A stretch of 64,000 nt of DNA from Patescibacteria group bacterium (GCA_035510735.1 DATKGN010000008.1:12466-76465); one strand, 5' to 3'; counted from the first letter of the stretch, positions 1-10,253 are shown. The notes: generated from the sequence alone by a model not told the origin. Program-made: numbers and translations.

Positions 1-2
1 TT

Positions 3-560
3 GCCGTTGCCGGCATTGAACAACTTCAGATTCAATATACAAATTTTATGTCGGAAGAGACGCGCCGCAATGCCACCGAGACGCTCGAGCTCATGCAATC
101 ATCATTTCCCCGGGCATCAGACGCGCTTGCCCAAAAGTTCGTTGCATATTTTGATATAGGCGTCACATATAGTTTAGCTGACGCCCACGCAGCAAACCGA
201 TCATGGGAAGTATTAATGGATAATATTATCAGTATTAATCCTGAAGCTCTTATGAATTCAAAATTGACAAATAAACTCATCAGACATGTCGGCGGACTAT
301 TAACCCCAAGATTTGACGCCGACGGCTCCGTAATTGACGATTTATTTCCCGAATATCCGAAAGCCATAGTCTCTGCGTACCAAAGAGAATTATTCTCCAC
401 ATATAAACAAAATATGATTTCTATATTAGGGGCGCGGAAATGGGGAAATAATATGCCGGTTGCATCTATTTATAACCTCAACCGGGAGGATCTTAAAATA
501 TTTCAGACTCTGGGGAAATACGGCTACTATAAAGCCCGGGCTTTCCTCACAGACCCATAA
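3..560 (+). CDS. hypothetical protein (5' end probably outside window)
   Basis: ORF in frame 3 is open from the window start; no recognisable motifs. Confidence 0.4.
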   Translation, partial: AVAGIEQLQIQYTNFMSEETRRNATETLELMQSSFPRASDALAQKFVAYFDIGVTYSLADAHAANRSWEVLMDNIISINPEALMNSKLTNKLIRHVGGLLTPRFDADGSVIDDLFPEYPKAIVSAYQRELFSTYKQNMISILGARKWGNNMPVASIYNLNREDLKIFQTLGKYGYYKARAFLTDP

Positions 561-567
561 AGATCCG

Positions 568-1422
568 TTATAAACTAATCACCACGAGGCTTAAGACCAC
601 TCCCGCGATGCAGGAGATCGCAAGAAGCACGACATTGAGGGTAATCATGGCCTGAATTGAGCTCTTGGCAAGAGGATTCCGGCCTATCGCTTCCATCCCC
701 TTTGTTACATTGGCGCCGAACGTCCGGTAACTCACATAGATGACGATCACTGCAATTAATACGGCTAAAATATACCGGATAATCCGTTCTGCTTGTTTGC
801 TCGATGAAATATTAAACATGATCGCCGTTGCAATCTGTTTGAGGGTGCCGAATATGCCTCCGGCGGCTTTAGTGATAACCGGCGACGCAGGACCGATGCC
901 GATACTTGCGCTAACTCTCCCGAGCGCATAGGTTTTTCCCTGATAGGTTGCGCTCTGTGTCGCACCTTTACCGTCAAATGATGACAACGCGACCCCAAGC
1001 ATATATCCCGCGATCCCTTCTGCTTTTTGCCCTTTACCGGGAATCTCCGAACTCGTAATATAATCTCCGACACCGATAGCCCCGCCCATCATACTCACAT
1101 TCACTATAGCATCACCCTGACGCGAAACCGGAATATTTGCACTCGTCCGATAGACCATCACGGGATCGGCGACTAGTACACCGTACATCCGTTCATCATA
1201 GGATTTGGTTGATAACGATAGCGTCTCCGCGGTATTGGATAACGAAACAATGTCGCCGTCCCCTGCATTTTTATCGCTTATCGCAAGCGTTCGAGCCAAA
1301 TTAAATTGAAGACCTTGGGCAAATACCGGTGAGGCAACCAACAACCAACAACCAACAACCAACAGCTGACAACCGACGATTACCCACTGAAAAAAAATCC
1401 ATTTACGCATGGCTATACCCAT
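568..1422 (-). CDS. hypothetical secreted/membrane-anchored protein
   Basis: N-terminal signal-peptide-like hydrophobic segment ending AQG; two C-terminal TM helices; no catalytic motifs recognised. Confidence 0.5.
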   Translation of the reverse strand: MGIAMRKWIFFQWVIVGCQLLVVGCWLLVASPVFAQGLQFNLARTLAISDKNAGDGDIVSLSNTAETLSLSTKSYDERMYGVLVADPVMVYRTSANIPVSRQGDAIVNVSMMGGAIGVGDYITSSEIPGKGQKAEGIAGYMLGVALSSFDGKGATQSATYQGKTYALGRVSASIGIGPASPVITKAAGGIFGTLKQIATAIMFNISSSKQAERIIRYILAVLIAVIVIYVSYRTFGANVTKGMEAIGRNPLAKSSIQAMITLNVVLLAISCIAGVVLSLVVISL

Positions 1423-1541
1423 CTTACTCAGATTTGATACTTTCTTAAGTGAAAAATCTGATTAGATGGGTTTATACTCAAAAACGATCGTTCAAATCTG
1501 AGTTTTTGTAGTATATAGATAGTATAGCATGGGGCACACCT

Positions 1542-2312
1542 CTACTTCTGAAACGCGGGTTTAAACACGGCCTTGGTCTCGCTAACGTCGCAAACCCAGT
1601 TGGACTGATTACGCGTTAAATATGACCGTAATGAATTCAGATTTTGTCGTAATAACGGCATTGAGAGCGTTGCCTCATCCGCAAGGGTCGTAAGAGGAAT
1701 TCCATTTTCTTTCGATTCCCAATTTTTTGCAAGTAGTTCCAATAATGAATACGAGTCTCTCCCGAGAGCCGGATTAAGTGTGATGTCAGGATTTAATCCG
1801 CTTACGGTAACATGACGGGCTTGATTAAATAGCGGGATGAGAGATGTTGATCTCGCCGTATAATAAACCCAACTCGGTGTGTTACGAAATCCTATTGGAA
1901 TATACGGAGAATCAAGATCCAACTGGTGTTCCATGATATACGCTTTATCCCCGTAAATATCATATACGCGCCAATCACCGGGCACACACTTGCGCATCCG
2001 CGAAACGTTTGCCCAAACCAACTCATTACCATGTGTTTTATGATGATCTGATCTACTAAACTCCCAAACCTCAGCAAGCTCATTATTCGGAACCACACGG
2101 TGTGCATTCCAAGCAAAAAACAGCAAGCCTCTAAGTGCCGCCATTCCATTTGCACCGTCGGATGATTTACCAAGCTTCTCATTTATGCGTTGAACATTTT
2201 CCGGTTTCAATAAATCCGCATACAGCTCCGGCTCATTGGGCTGTTCTGGCAATACAAACTCCGACGACATCATATGAAGCCGCATTATAGGTCTGATCCC
2301 ATCAGAACGCAA
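1542..2312 (-). CDS. hypothetical protein
   Basis: 256-aa ORF, no recognisable motifs. Confidence 0.45.
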   Translation of the reverse strand: MRSDGIRPIMRLHMMSSEFVLPEQPNEPELYADLLKPENVQRINEKLGKSSDGANGMAALRGLLFFAWNAHRVVPNNELAEVWEFSRSDHHKTHGNELVWANVSRMRKCVPGDWRVYDIYGDKAYIMEHQLDLDSPYIPIGFRNTPSWVYYTARSTSLIPLFNQARHVTVSGLNPDITLNPALGRDSYSLLELLAKNWESKENGIPLTTLADEATLSMPLLRQNLNSLRSYLTRNQSNWVCDVSETKAVFKPAFQK

Positions 2313-2388
2313 TGTTTACTTCCTTTGTATCCCACCGTACATACATTTCTTTTTTTTCGCACTATTATTTAGCCGGCCAGGAAGGGGG

Positions 2389-2685
2389 GTGATGCATATG
2401 CTATTTGCCCTCGAGCAAGGCAAAAATATTGTCTCTACGGTCCATACTAAAAATGGAGATATCCCCATTTTTGCTGTTCCCCCGGGTGTCCATTTGTATT
2501 TCGGCGCACGTCCGAAGGAACCTTCTCTTGAAAATCGGGTGAGTGCCGCAGTCACAGAGATGGATGAAAAACTTCATCCAAGCCCCGAACCGTTAGATAA
2601 GCCTGCGACACGCGATGATGTACGCAAATCTGTCGTTCTCTATGAGGCCGCGCGGAGAATAGTCGACTTGGATGATATGAAATAG
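2389..2685 (+). CDS. small hypothetical protein
   Basis: 98-aa ORF preceded by GGAAGGGGGG RBS-like stretch; overlaps a weaker antisense ORF. Confidence 0.35.
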   Translation: MMHMLFALEQGKNIVSTVHTKNGDIPIFAVPPGVHLYFGARPKEPSLENRVSAAVTEMDEKLHPSPEPLDKPATRDDVRKSVVLYEAARRIVDLDDMK

Positions 2686-2777
2686 CCCAAATACGTCCCA
2701 CTCACATGCTCCGGACCCGGAGATCCTTTAACTCTTGCAACTTTGCAATCCCAAGTGTACGATATAGTGCACAATCT

Positions 2778-3443
2778 ATGGAAAAACCACCTACGGTTTG
2801 CGTATTCGCCCACCCTGATGATGAAGCTTTCGGTCCGGCGGGCACGATCGCCCACCTCGCCAAAACGCGGGACGTGTACATTATCTGTGCGACCAACGGC
2901 GACTCCGATCCGCAGTTTACCAAACACAAGACTGATGTTCTTGGTCAAATCCGGCCGCAAGAACTTATCGCGTCATCGAAAATTCTGGGCGTAAAGGACG
3001 TCATATTCTTGAATTTCAAAGACGGGAGCCTAAATAATAATTCGTATCACAAGCTTGCCGATGCACTCAAAAAAACGCTCATAAAACTTGCGCCCGACAC
3101 GCTCTTAACCTACGCCTCAAATGGTATTTCAGGGCATCTGGACCATGTCGCTGTATCACTCGTCACATCCTATGTGTTCTACCGGATGCCGGGAGTCCAC
3201 AAAATCATGTACCTCTTAGAACTTGAGGAAAAGATGAAACGGACCCGCGATGAATACTTTGTCTATATGCCGCCAGGGATTAAAAAATCAGAAGCCGACC
3301 TTGTTATCGACACCACCCCCTACTGGGAAAAGCGCGTGAAGTCAATGTACGCGCATAAGTCGCAAAAATCGGATGCTGATATGATCTACAACGTGATCAA
3401 AGATTTCCCCAAAGAAGAATACTTCAAAATACTGGAAAAATAA
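2778..3443 (+). CDS. PIG-L/LmbE family N-acetylglucosaminyl deacetylase
   Basis: VFAHPDDE motif near N-terminus and downstream HxxH-type (SGHLDHVAV) segment typical of the LmbE/PIG-L fold; start set at MEKPP (ORF opens at 2706). Confidence 0.7.
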   Translation: MEKPPTVCVFAHPDDEAFGPAGTIAHLAKTRDVYIICATNGDSDPQFTKHKTDVLGQIRPQELIASSKILGVKDVIFLNFKDGSLNNNSYHKLADALKKTLIKLAPDTLLTYASNGISGHLDHVAVSLVTSYVFYRMPGVHKIMYLLELEEKMKRTRDEYFVYMPPGIKKSEADLVIDTTPYWEKRVKSMYAHKSQKSDADMIYNVIKDFPKEEYFKILEK

Positions 3444-3505
3444 GCGGCTCAAACCGGAGCACCCAGACTTGACAAACTCGTATTACCCTCTATAATCCGG
3501 AGCAT

Positions 3506-4258
3506 ATGATTAACATCTCCGAAGCTGTACGTACAATTCCTCATGAATTGTTTCAGGATGAAGTAAAAACGCATAATGTAGAAATCGGATTAGCGTCACT
3601 CAAACATGCCTTAAAAATAGGTATGGAGCCAACATCCGGATTACGCTTGCGATTTGGTGATACCGTCGAAATTCAGAGCGGCCCTGGTGTAACGCTTCAT
3701 TTGGGAAATGACACAATAAGGTGTCTGGCGCCGGATTACAGTACGGATGTCCATGGGTGGAGTCGAATGTATGCTGCGTTCGGTGTTACGTTCCAGCCGG
3801 AAAGTCCACTCAAACATATGGCCATGCAATATGATCCCGAACGGACCGGCAACCGGGTAACGTTTTACGCCCGAGATACGCTTGTGGGCGACACAGGCAA
3901 TCATACTTCGGTCGGTGTGATGTACGAACAGGCGCTTCAGGAAATACTGTCCGGGATGATGGTTGCTCCTGATAATGTCATAACATGGGCGCAAACGCAC
4001 GGGGTATGGTTTCGGGAAGAATCTCATAAGTATACGATGAATGAAGCAGTCGCCTTACCCGCAAAAATTTTGTACCCAGAATTGTCCCGCCAAACCCATT
4101 CACATTTCAGTGCAATAAAGGAAATGCCGAAAGTAAGTGATGACACGCTTATTATTCTGGAACCACGGTTTCTTTATGCCGAAACACAGGGACCGGGTAT
4201 GCGCACCGCGCTTCAGAAAGCCCAACCGGCATTAATTCGTACAATCGGTGAATGGTAA
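3506..4258 (+). CDS. hypothetical protein (apparently inserted gene, flanked by duplicated 3' fragment of upstream gene)
   Basis: 250-aa ORF with no motifs; flanked by near-identical ~45 bp copies at 3402-3443 and 4298-4346. Confidence 0.45.
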   Translation: MINISEAVRTIPHELFQDEVKTHNVEIGLASLKHALKIGMEPTSGLRLRFGDTVEIQSGPGVTLHLGNDTIRCLAPDYSTDVHGWSRMYAAFGVTFQPESPLKHMAMQYDPERTGNRVTFYARDTLVGDTGNHTSVGVMYEQALQEILSGMMVAPDNVITWAQTHGVWFREESHKYTMNEAVALPAKILYPELSRQTHSHFSAIKEMPKVSDDTLIILEPRFLYAETQGPGMRTALQKAQPALIRTIGEW

Positions 4259-4297
4259 ATCTTCGCCAACATACCGTGCGAAAATATTGTACGGGGT

Positions 4298-4346
4298 GAT
4301 TTCCCAACTTCCCAAAGAAGAATACTTCAAAATACTGACGAAATAA
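4298..4346 (+). repeat. duplicated copy of the 3' end of the PIG-L deacetylase gene (encodes ...PKEEYFKILTK*)
   Basis: Near-identical to 3402-3443 (GATTTCCC...CAAAGAAGAATACTTCAAAATACTG...AAATAA) with a 6 bp insertion. Confidence 0.7.
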
Positions 4347-4525
4347 TAGCTTGCAACGTTACTTTTTTAAATGCGCCGGGGTAAATGCAAGAGGTAGTAA
4401 CATCTTGAGTGTTACGATCGAAAATATTTTTCCATTGGGTCGCGCAATCACGATGACGGTATTATTCGCATGCTCGGCAATAATACCGGGCCAAGTCAAC
4501 GTGGAACAAGAAGTCGGATCATCCA

Positions 4526-6031
4526 TCATTCATCACCCTTTACCATCCAGGGTCTTTTATCATCAGGATCGTGTTTCATGAACGGGTCATCCCGAACCAA
4601 ACGAGAAAAACTAGGTCGTTGGGGTTTTTCGTGTCTCTCCGTTTCCTCAAGATACATCCTGGTATAATCTTCCGGACTCATACTCCCTGACCGGAGTGCC
4701 GCAATATCCGGCGTATTTAACAGTTGAACTGCCTTCTCTCTCGCGGCAGTAACAATACTTTTCCATAAATCCGGCTGATCTTCGATTCCCCATATGTTTT
4801 TCTTAGGTTGTTTTCGTCGTACCAATTCCGTAGCGATATCAAACGTAATTGAGAGTATCGCTATATCCCATCCCCGCGCTCCATATAGTTTTTCAATTGC
4901 TCCAAACTTTGCGAGCTCTTCCCACTTTCTTCGCGCATCGTCTTTCCATGCAAAAACATTCTTATCAACAATTTCTTCAGAAATATCTTTTATCGTTAAG
5001 GCATCAACCGTAAGGATAGATGGATCCATGCCAAGCGCTTTAATATATGGTCCATAGCTTTTCATCTCCTCTTTATGGTCTATCCCATCCTGACCTGCAG
5101 CTTCTCTCGTATTAGCCATCTCATCAAGCGTCCCGTTCATACAATCGGCAAACCAGTCTACGGTGAAAAGAATCGGTGGAAGACCTTTATACACAATGGT
5201 GTTATCGTTTTCATCTTCATGAAACAGATAATTTGCAAGTGAAAACCCGTATTCGTTCAGTTTCGCATTCACGGCTGGCGCAACAGAAAGAACGATATTG
5301 TCATAATACGGTTTATCGGGAACGTGCGCCTGCTCGGTGATAAATTCTACTGCAGCCTGATAATAATCGACATCCCGACGGTTAAGTTTCACCCACACTT
5401 CGTTCTGTGCCGGATTCTGTACCCAATAATTCGCCATCAATTGGGGGATATATTCACGGAGATACTGATCGCGGTTTTCATCAATCACAAAATTGAAAAT
5501 CATATTGTAGCCTCCGACGTCGCTCTCTTGGAGCCGGTTGCCTACACCCGCGGCAATAGCGTCATCAAGCAGCTGCTGCTTTTTCGGAGGAAGGATATCT
5601 AGCGCGCTAACATAATACGCTGACGCCGAAAGCGGCTCGTTAAAATGCTCTACAACCTCAAAAGATGTTCGTTCAAGGATGTACCATTCCCAGACTGAAA
5701 ACTGTTCAAGTTGCTCCTTTTTCCCTAAGTCCGTAAGTACGCTATATAACTCAATATCAATATCATTGCTCTTGCCATCCGGATCAAATGGTGTTGCTTT
5801 TTCAGCAACCACTTGGTTTATCAACTCATTAATTTTTTTTCTATGGAGGTCGCTATCAACCGTCAAAAGCTCCGCCGTTTCTACTGAAGTTGCAATAATC
5901 AATTCATGTTGGGCAAACAACAGCTCTTCAAAGCGGACGCCCGATTCCTTAAGCGCGTTTGAAAGATACGGGCTAAATTCTTTTACCGGTTGAAATGTTG
6001 GCCGCTCGCCGCCTGATTCAATTTGTGGCAT
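4526..6031 (-). CDS. hypothetical protein
   Basis: 501-aa ORF, acidic, no recognisable catalytic motifs. Confidence 0.45.
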   Translation of the reverse strand: MPQIESGGERPTFQPVKEFSPYLSNALKESGVRFEELLFAQHELIIATSVETAELLTVDSDLHRKKINELINQVVAEKATPFDPDGKSNDIDIELYSVLTDLGKKEQLEQFSVWEWYILERTSFEVVEHFNEPLSASAYYVSALDILPPKKQQLLDDAIAAGVGNRLQESDVGGYNMIFNFVIDENRDQYLREYIPQLMANYWVQNPAQNEVWVKLNRRDVDYYQAAVEFITEQAHVPDKPYYDNIVLSVAPAVNAKLNEYGFSLANYLFHEDENDNTIVYKGLPPILFTVDWFADCMNGTLDEMANTREAAGQDGIDHKEEMKSYGPYIKALGMDPSILTVDALTIKDISEEIVDKNVFAWKDDARRKWEELAKFGAIEKLYGARGWDIAILSITFDIATELVRRKQPKKNIWGIEDQPDLWKSIVTAAREKAVQLLNTPDIAALRSGSMSPEDYTRMYLEETERHEKPQRPSFSRLVRDDPFMKHDPDDKRPWMVKGDE

Positions 6032-6099
6032 AAATTGTGAGAATAGACCGTATTATAGGGTAAATTGAGGAAAAAGCAAGAAAATGAAGAACAAAATGT

Positions 6100-8526
6100 T
6101 TACATCCGTTCTAATGTATTAATTCCCAATAAATACAATCCGTTTTTGAGGATTTGGGCGGTGGCAGTAGTGAGGGCGAGACGATGCAACATGCGACCTG
6201 TGACAAGCGACATGTTTTTTTCTTGCGTGTCACTTGTTGCTTGTTGCTTGTCTCCCAATATACTGTGTTTTGCATAAAACAGATTAAATGCCTGGGCAAG
6301 TTGAAAAAGATACGTACAAAGTGCGTTCGGCGCATACCGGTTGGCGCTATCCGCAACGACGTCCGGAAATTGCATAATATACCGGGCAATGGCGCGTTCC
6401 TCTTCATTAAAATTCAAAGCTCCAAATTCCAAATCCAAAATAAATTCAAATTCTCCAAATTCAATTGTTTTAAACGTTTGAGATTTTATGCTTTGAATTT
6501 TAGATTTATTTTGAATTTTGAGTTTTGGATTTTGTGCTTCCGCTGCCTTACGAAGTACACTTCGACAGCGGGCATACGTGTATTGCAAATACGGTCCTGA
6601 ATCGCCGTTAATGTTGATGGATTCTTTTAAGTCAAATGCGATCTCTGACGGAGTCGAGACCTTCAAAAACGCATATTTTATTGCCCCAATTGCTATGGTT
6701 TCGGCTTGCGCATCTGATGTATTTTTATCTATTTCTTTACTTTTTGAATTATTTTGTAATAGTACTTCTTTGATTTCTTTCTTCACTTCATCAATGAGCC
6801 ACTCGCCCAACACCACGTTACCCAACCGGCTGCTCATTTTTCCGTGTTTCAATTTCACCCAACCGTACGCAAGATGATATGGCACACCGGGTTTTACAAA
6901 ACCCAATAATTCCTCGACCTTAAACGTCACTTTGAAAAAGCTTGCCTGTTCAGGACCGACACAATGAATGAGTCTTTGGAGTTCTCCGAACTCAGTCGCT
7001 TCCATCGGCGCAAGCGCGAGCTCTTTAGCTTCGTAGGTCGGTAATCCGAGACTGTTTACAAAGACCCGCGTATCAATTCCGTACTCTTTACCCCGAAACA
7101 CGATCGCGCCTTCACTTTCTTCCAGTATTTTCTTTTTTACGGCATCCTTCGCAATATCCACGCCGGTTAGACATTCGCTTTCAAAATAGAACCGGTCATA
7201 ATGCGAATACACCCGTTTGTAAATCGTATCGAAATAATCCAGGCTCCACTGGCGCGTTTCTTTCCACAATGTATAGACCGTATCAACAATGCTTTTGTCT
7301 CCCTGGACAAACGAAAGATAATCCGTGGAAGGCTTTTTAAGTCCTCGTTCAACAGCAAACCGTTCAGCTGATGCATAGACGAAATAGTTAAAATCTTTAA
7401 TCCGCTTTTTAACTTTTTCTCCGTCAGCTGACGGATCTTCAAACGCTTTACTACCGGCGGCGTAGGCTTTCCCTAAAAACTCTACGCGGTTTTTTATTCC
7501 TCTCACCGATGTTACCTCTGTTTTAAATGGTGAAACGTTTAAGAGGGCATACAGTGCCTTTGCGATATGCATGCCGACATCGCCTTGATAGTTCGCTCTG
7601 ATAACGCGGTTCCCCTGTGATTCCAATAACCGGACAATCGATTCGCCCGTTGTAATGTTACGCAAATGGCCGATATGAAAGGCTTTATGCGTATTGGGGT
7701 GGGCAAATTCAACCATGATGGTTTGTTGCCCTTGGGACGCTGAGGTCGGCGTGCTTTTTGCTGCGTATCCGTCAACGCTTAGTCTGCTGCGGGTGACGCG
7801 GGTAGGAGGGCCTCCACCGGCCGGGGTCCCCTTTGTGGGTGGCGGTGGAGGAAAACCCGCGGCAGGATCCGCAGAGAGATCGTGCGCTACGACGGTACTC
7901 GAAAAAGTACGCCTCCCCGCGTCATCCAAAACGTTTGCCGACCTCAGTAGTGGTGACGATACACCGACCTCAGCATCGTCAGTGTTTTTATTTTTCCCGA
8001 ATGAGGCTGATTTTCCTACTTTCTCCGCTTTTCCCGAAGAATCGGCATTTGTGCGGAGATTCTCACCTGACTTTATAACTGTTTTTGCACCAATATTTGA
8101 CCCGATTGTCCCATCAATATGGGAAATATTCTCACTTAGCACTTTTCGTTCATCATCTCCTGTTACAGGCTGTGCATATTCAGCATTCTCTCTGAAACCA
8201 TAGTGCTCTTTTTTTTCTAGCACCGCTGACAGCTCACTGCCAAGGACTGCTTCGGACATATAGAAGTTGATGAAGCCAGGACCTGCTATCTCGACCCTAT
8301 CAAGCCACGACAGTGCTGATTTCTTTTGATCCTGATTGATTTGGTTAACAATATTTTCTGCAATTTTCCTGGGCGGAGCCTTGAGATGCTTTGAAAGCAA
8401 CATTGCAACGTTTGTCGTGTAATCTCCGAACTTTGAATTCTCAGGAACATCAACGGCAATTACCGCATCGGTAATTCCCATGTTTTTTACGATTCCCGCA
8501 AGATAATTTTTGATCTCATTTTTCAT
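6100..8526 (-). CDS. argS: arginyl-tRNA synthetase with two large in-frame insertions
   Basis: N-terminal Arg-tRNA-synthetase N domain, class I HIGH motif (AHPNTHKAFHIGHLRN), C-terminal ...LGINTLERM ending in Met as in ArgRS; 808 aa versus typical ~550-600. Confidence 0.85.
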   Translation of the reverse strand: MKNEIKNYLAGIVKNMGITDAVIAVDVPENSKFGDYTTNVAMLLSKHLKAPPRKIAENIVNQINQDQKKSALSWLDRVEIAGPGFINFYMSEAVLGSELSAVLEKKEHYGFRENAEYAQPVTGDDERKVLSENISHIDGTIGSNIGAKTVIKSGENLRTNADSSGKAEKVGKSASFGKNKNTDDAEVGVSSPLLRSANVLDDAGRRTFSSTVVAHDLSADPAAGFPPPPPTKGTPAGGGPPTRVTRSRLSVDGYAAKSTPTSASQGQQTIMVEFAHPNTHKAFHIGHLRNITTGESIVRLLESQGNRVIRANYQGDVGMHIAKALYALLNVSPFKTEVTSVRGIKNRVEFLGKAYAAGSKAFEDPSADGEKVKKRIKDFNYFVYASAERFAVERGLKKPSTDYLSFVQGDKSIVDTVYTLWKETRQWSLDYFDTIYKRVYSHYDRFYFESECLTGVDIAKDAVKKKILEESEGAIVFRGKEYGIDTRVFVNSLGLPTYEAKELALAPMEATEFGELQRLIHCVGPEQASFFKVTFKVEELLGFVKPGVPYHLAYGWVKLKHGKMSSRLGNVVLGEWLIDEVKKEIKEVLLQNNSKSKEIDKNTSDAQAETIAIGAIKYAFLKVSTPSEIAFDLKESININGDSGPYLQYTYARCRSVLRKAAEAQNPKLKIQNKSKIQSIKSQTFKTIEFGEFEFILDLEFGALNFNEEERAIARYIMQFPDVVADSANRYAPNALCTYLFQLAQAFNLFYAKHSILGDKQQATSDTQEKNMSLVTGRMLHRLALTTATAQILKNGLYLLGINTLERM
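6408..6535. repeat. in-frame low-complexity imperfect palindrome inside argS
   Basis: CCAAATTCCAAATCCAAAATAAATTCAAATTC ... GAATTTTAGATTTATTTTGAATTTTGAGTTTTGGATTTTG arms; encodes KLKIQNKSKIQSIKSQTFKTIEFGEFEFILDLEF. Confidence 0.55.
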
Positions 8527-8542
8527 AATTTACTCTAGCGTA

Positions 8543-9250
8543 TCACGAAAGGTCAACGCTCACCAAATTGTTGTTCATAACAACAGTCTGACAGTCGCCA
8601 TGCAACAATTGCTTAACGAGCATCCCCGCTTCTTCCAGTGCCCGGCTCAAAACCTGGTCAGCTACCTCAGGAACCTTTTCCATAACCATGATTGCGCGGG
8701 TTGTTGACTCTGTGATCTTCGTCCGCTCGGCTTCCCGCCAATTCCATCTACGACACACGAAACCAGCCTCGTCAGCATAGACAACTTCACCGATATAACA
8801 CGTTTCGTCGACGTCGCTGCCAAGCGCTCGCCCGCCTTCGGTGCCAGAAGCAAATCGGAGCCACAGATCGCCTTTCATCGCATCTAAATTTTCCGCTCCG
8901 ACAGGCACATGATACTTCAGGGAAATGTAATTATATAAATCGACAAGATTATTTATTTGGGGAAGCGGTTTAGCGCCTCCTCTTGCTCTTCTTAATAGTG
9001 ACTCAACCGAACTCCGGTAGTCATGCGGATCACTGCCGAAGGTTTTATAGATCCGGCGCCATGCAGCGATCTCCGGAAGTGTTCCTAATTCGACATTGGT
9101 AAGCAATTCTTTTTGATGAGTTTCTTCGTTTCTCAAAAGTTTGAGAATTTTCTCCGATGACCCGTTATTATCCATGTGATCAATAATCAAGATGCCGAGA
9201 GAAACTCCAGGAAACGTTTTTAAAATTTGGGGCTCAATAACAAATTTCAT
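8543..9250 (-). CDS. B3/4 (PheT-like) tRNA-binding domain protein
   Basis: MKFVIEPQI...FPG...GIL start and overall pattern typical of stand-alone B3/4 domain proteins. Confidence 0.55.
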   Translation of the reverse strand: MKFVIEPQILKTFPGVSLGILIIDHMDNNGSSEKILKLLRNEETHQKELLTNVELGTLPEIAAWRRIYKTFGSDPHDYRSSVESLLRRARGGAKPLPQINNLVDLYNYISLKYHVPVGAENLDAMKGDLWLRFASGTEGGRALGSDVDETCYIGEVVYADEAGFVCRRWNWREAERTKITESTTRAIMVMEKVPEVADQVLSRALEEAGMLVKQLLHGDCQTVVMNNNLVSVDLS

Positions 9251-10191
9251 ACGCTTTTTCCATGATAGCATCCCAAAAGCCACAACATGAGCGCCTTTTG
9301 GACATGCAGTCTGTTCTCCGCCTGGTGAAAAACGATGGACTGAGCGCCGTCAATAACATCGGCGGTAACCTCCTGCCCACGATACGCCGGTAAATCATGC
9401 ATAAATACCGCATCACGTTTCGCAAGCGACATCAACCAGCTATTTACCTGATACGGAAGGAATTTGCAAAGTCTCGTTGACTTGTCCGCTTCGTCCCCCA
9501 TGCTTACCCAGGTGTCGGTGTAGACAACATCCGCCCCACGCACCGCTTCCTGCGGATCATCGGTAAGAAATACGTTTCCGCCTGACTGGATAGAGATATT
9601 TTGCGCCATAAGAAGTATTTCGGATTTCACTTCATATCCTTTTGGGCTGGCAATACAGATATTCATCCCCCATTGCGCCGATGCGAGAACCAATGAATGA
9701 GCTATATTATTTTCACCATCGCCGATGAATGCGATCTTGAGTCCACCAAGCTTCTTTTTCACTTCAAGGATCGTAAATAGATCGGCAAGCGCCTGGCACG
9801 GATGCTCCCAATCGGATAAACCGTTAATAACCGGAACACGCGAGTGTTTAGCTAATTCATAAATCGTGGAATGGGAAAAAACGCGCGCCATCATAACGTC
9901 TCCCATAGAGGAGGCAACTTTCGCGACGTCGGAGACGGATTCGCGCGTGCCGAGGCCGATATCGTCAGGACCCAAATATACAGCGTGTCCGCCTAATTGC
10001 GTCATCCCCACTTCAAACGAAACCCTGGTACGGAGACTTGGCTTTTCAAAGAGCATGACCATGGTGTTGCCGGCAAGGGCTGTCTTGTAACTTTCCGAGT
10101 GTTTGAGCGTCGCAGCCATGGTAAAAATCCGCTTCATGGCGGCTGTATCCAAATCCGTAATTGATAAAAAATGTTTTAACTCCATAATCAT
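9247..10191 (-). CDS. argF: ornithine carbamoyltransferase
   Basis: SLRTRVSFE (STRTR) carbamoyl-phosphate motif, HPCQALAD (HPxQ), DLPAYRGQEV (HCLP-like, with Asp in place of Cys); arg-cluster context; start chosen at internal Met (ORF opens 10257). Confidence 0.75.
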   Translation of the reverse strand: MIMELKHFLSITDLDTAAMKRIFTMAATLKHSESYKTALAGNTMVMLFEKPSLRTRVSFEVGMTQLGGHAVYLGPDDIGLGTRESVSDVAKVASSMGDVMMARVFSHSTIYELAKHSRVPVINGLSDWEHPCQALADLFTILEVKKKLGGLKIAFIGDGENNIAHSLVLASAQWGMNICIASPKGYEVKSEILLMAQNISIQSGGNVFLTDDPQEAVRGADVVYTDTWVSMGDEADKSTRLCKFLPYQVNSWLMSLAKRDAVFMHDLPAYRGQEVTADVIDGAQSIVFHQAENRLHVQKALMLWLLGCYHGKSV

Positions 10192-10206
10192 TTGTGCCGG
10201 TTGGGA

Positions 10207-10229
10207 GGCCTGCCTGCGCAGGCAGGCTC
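10207..10229. promoter_or_regulatory. perfect GC-rich hairpin between argG and argF
   Basis: GCCTGCCTGCG/CGCAGGCAGGC palindrome. Confidence 0.4.
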
Positions 10230-10253
10230 TAGAAGGCCCCAAATCGGCAACCC

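Noticed and set aside
568-700. C-terminal segment of ORF 568-1422 resembling an ATP-synthase c / proteolipid helix (GMEAIGRNPL...)
   Set aside because: Similarity is short and the remainder of the protein (signal peptide, 200-aa soluble region) does not fit a proteolipid.
4351-4667. Small plus-strand ORFs (76 and 65 aa) after the duplicated fragment
   Set aside because: Overlap the 3' end of the convergent 501-aa gene, no RBS, low-complexity.
6111-8203. Overlapping ORFs on both strands within argS (e.g. 6154-6600, 6518-6877, 7694-8203)
   Set aside because: Lie inside the well-supported argS reading frame; low-complexity translations.
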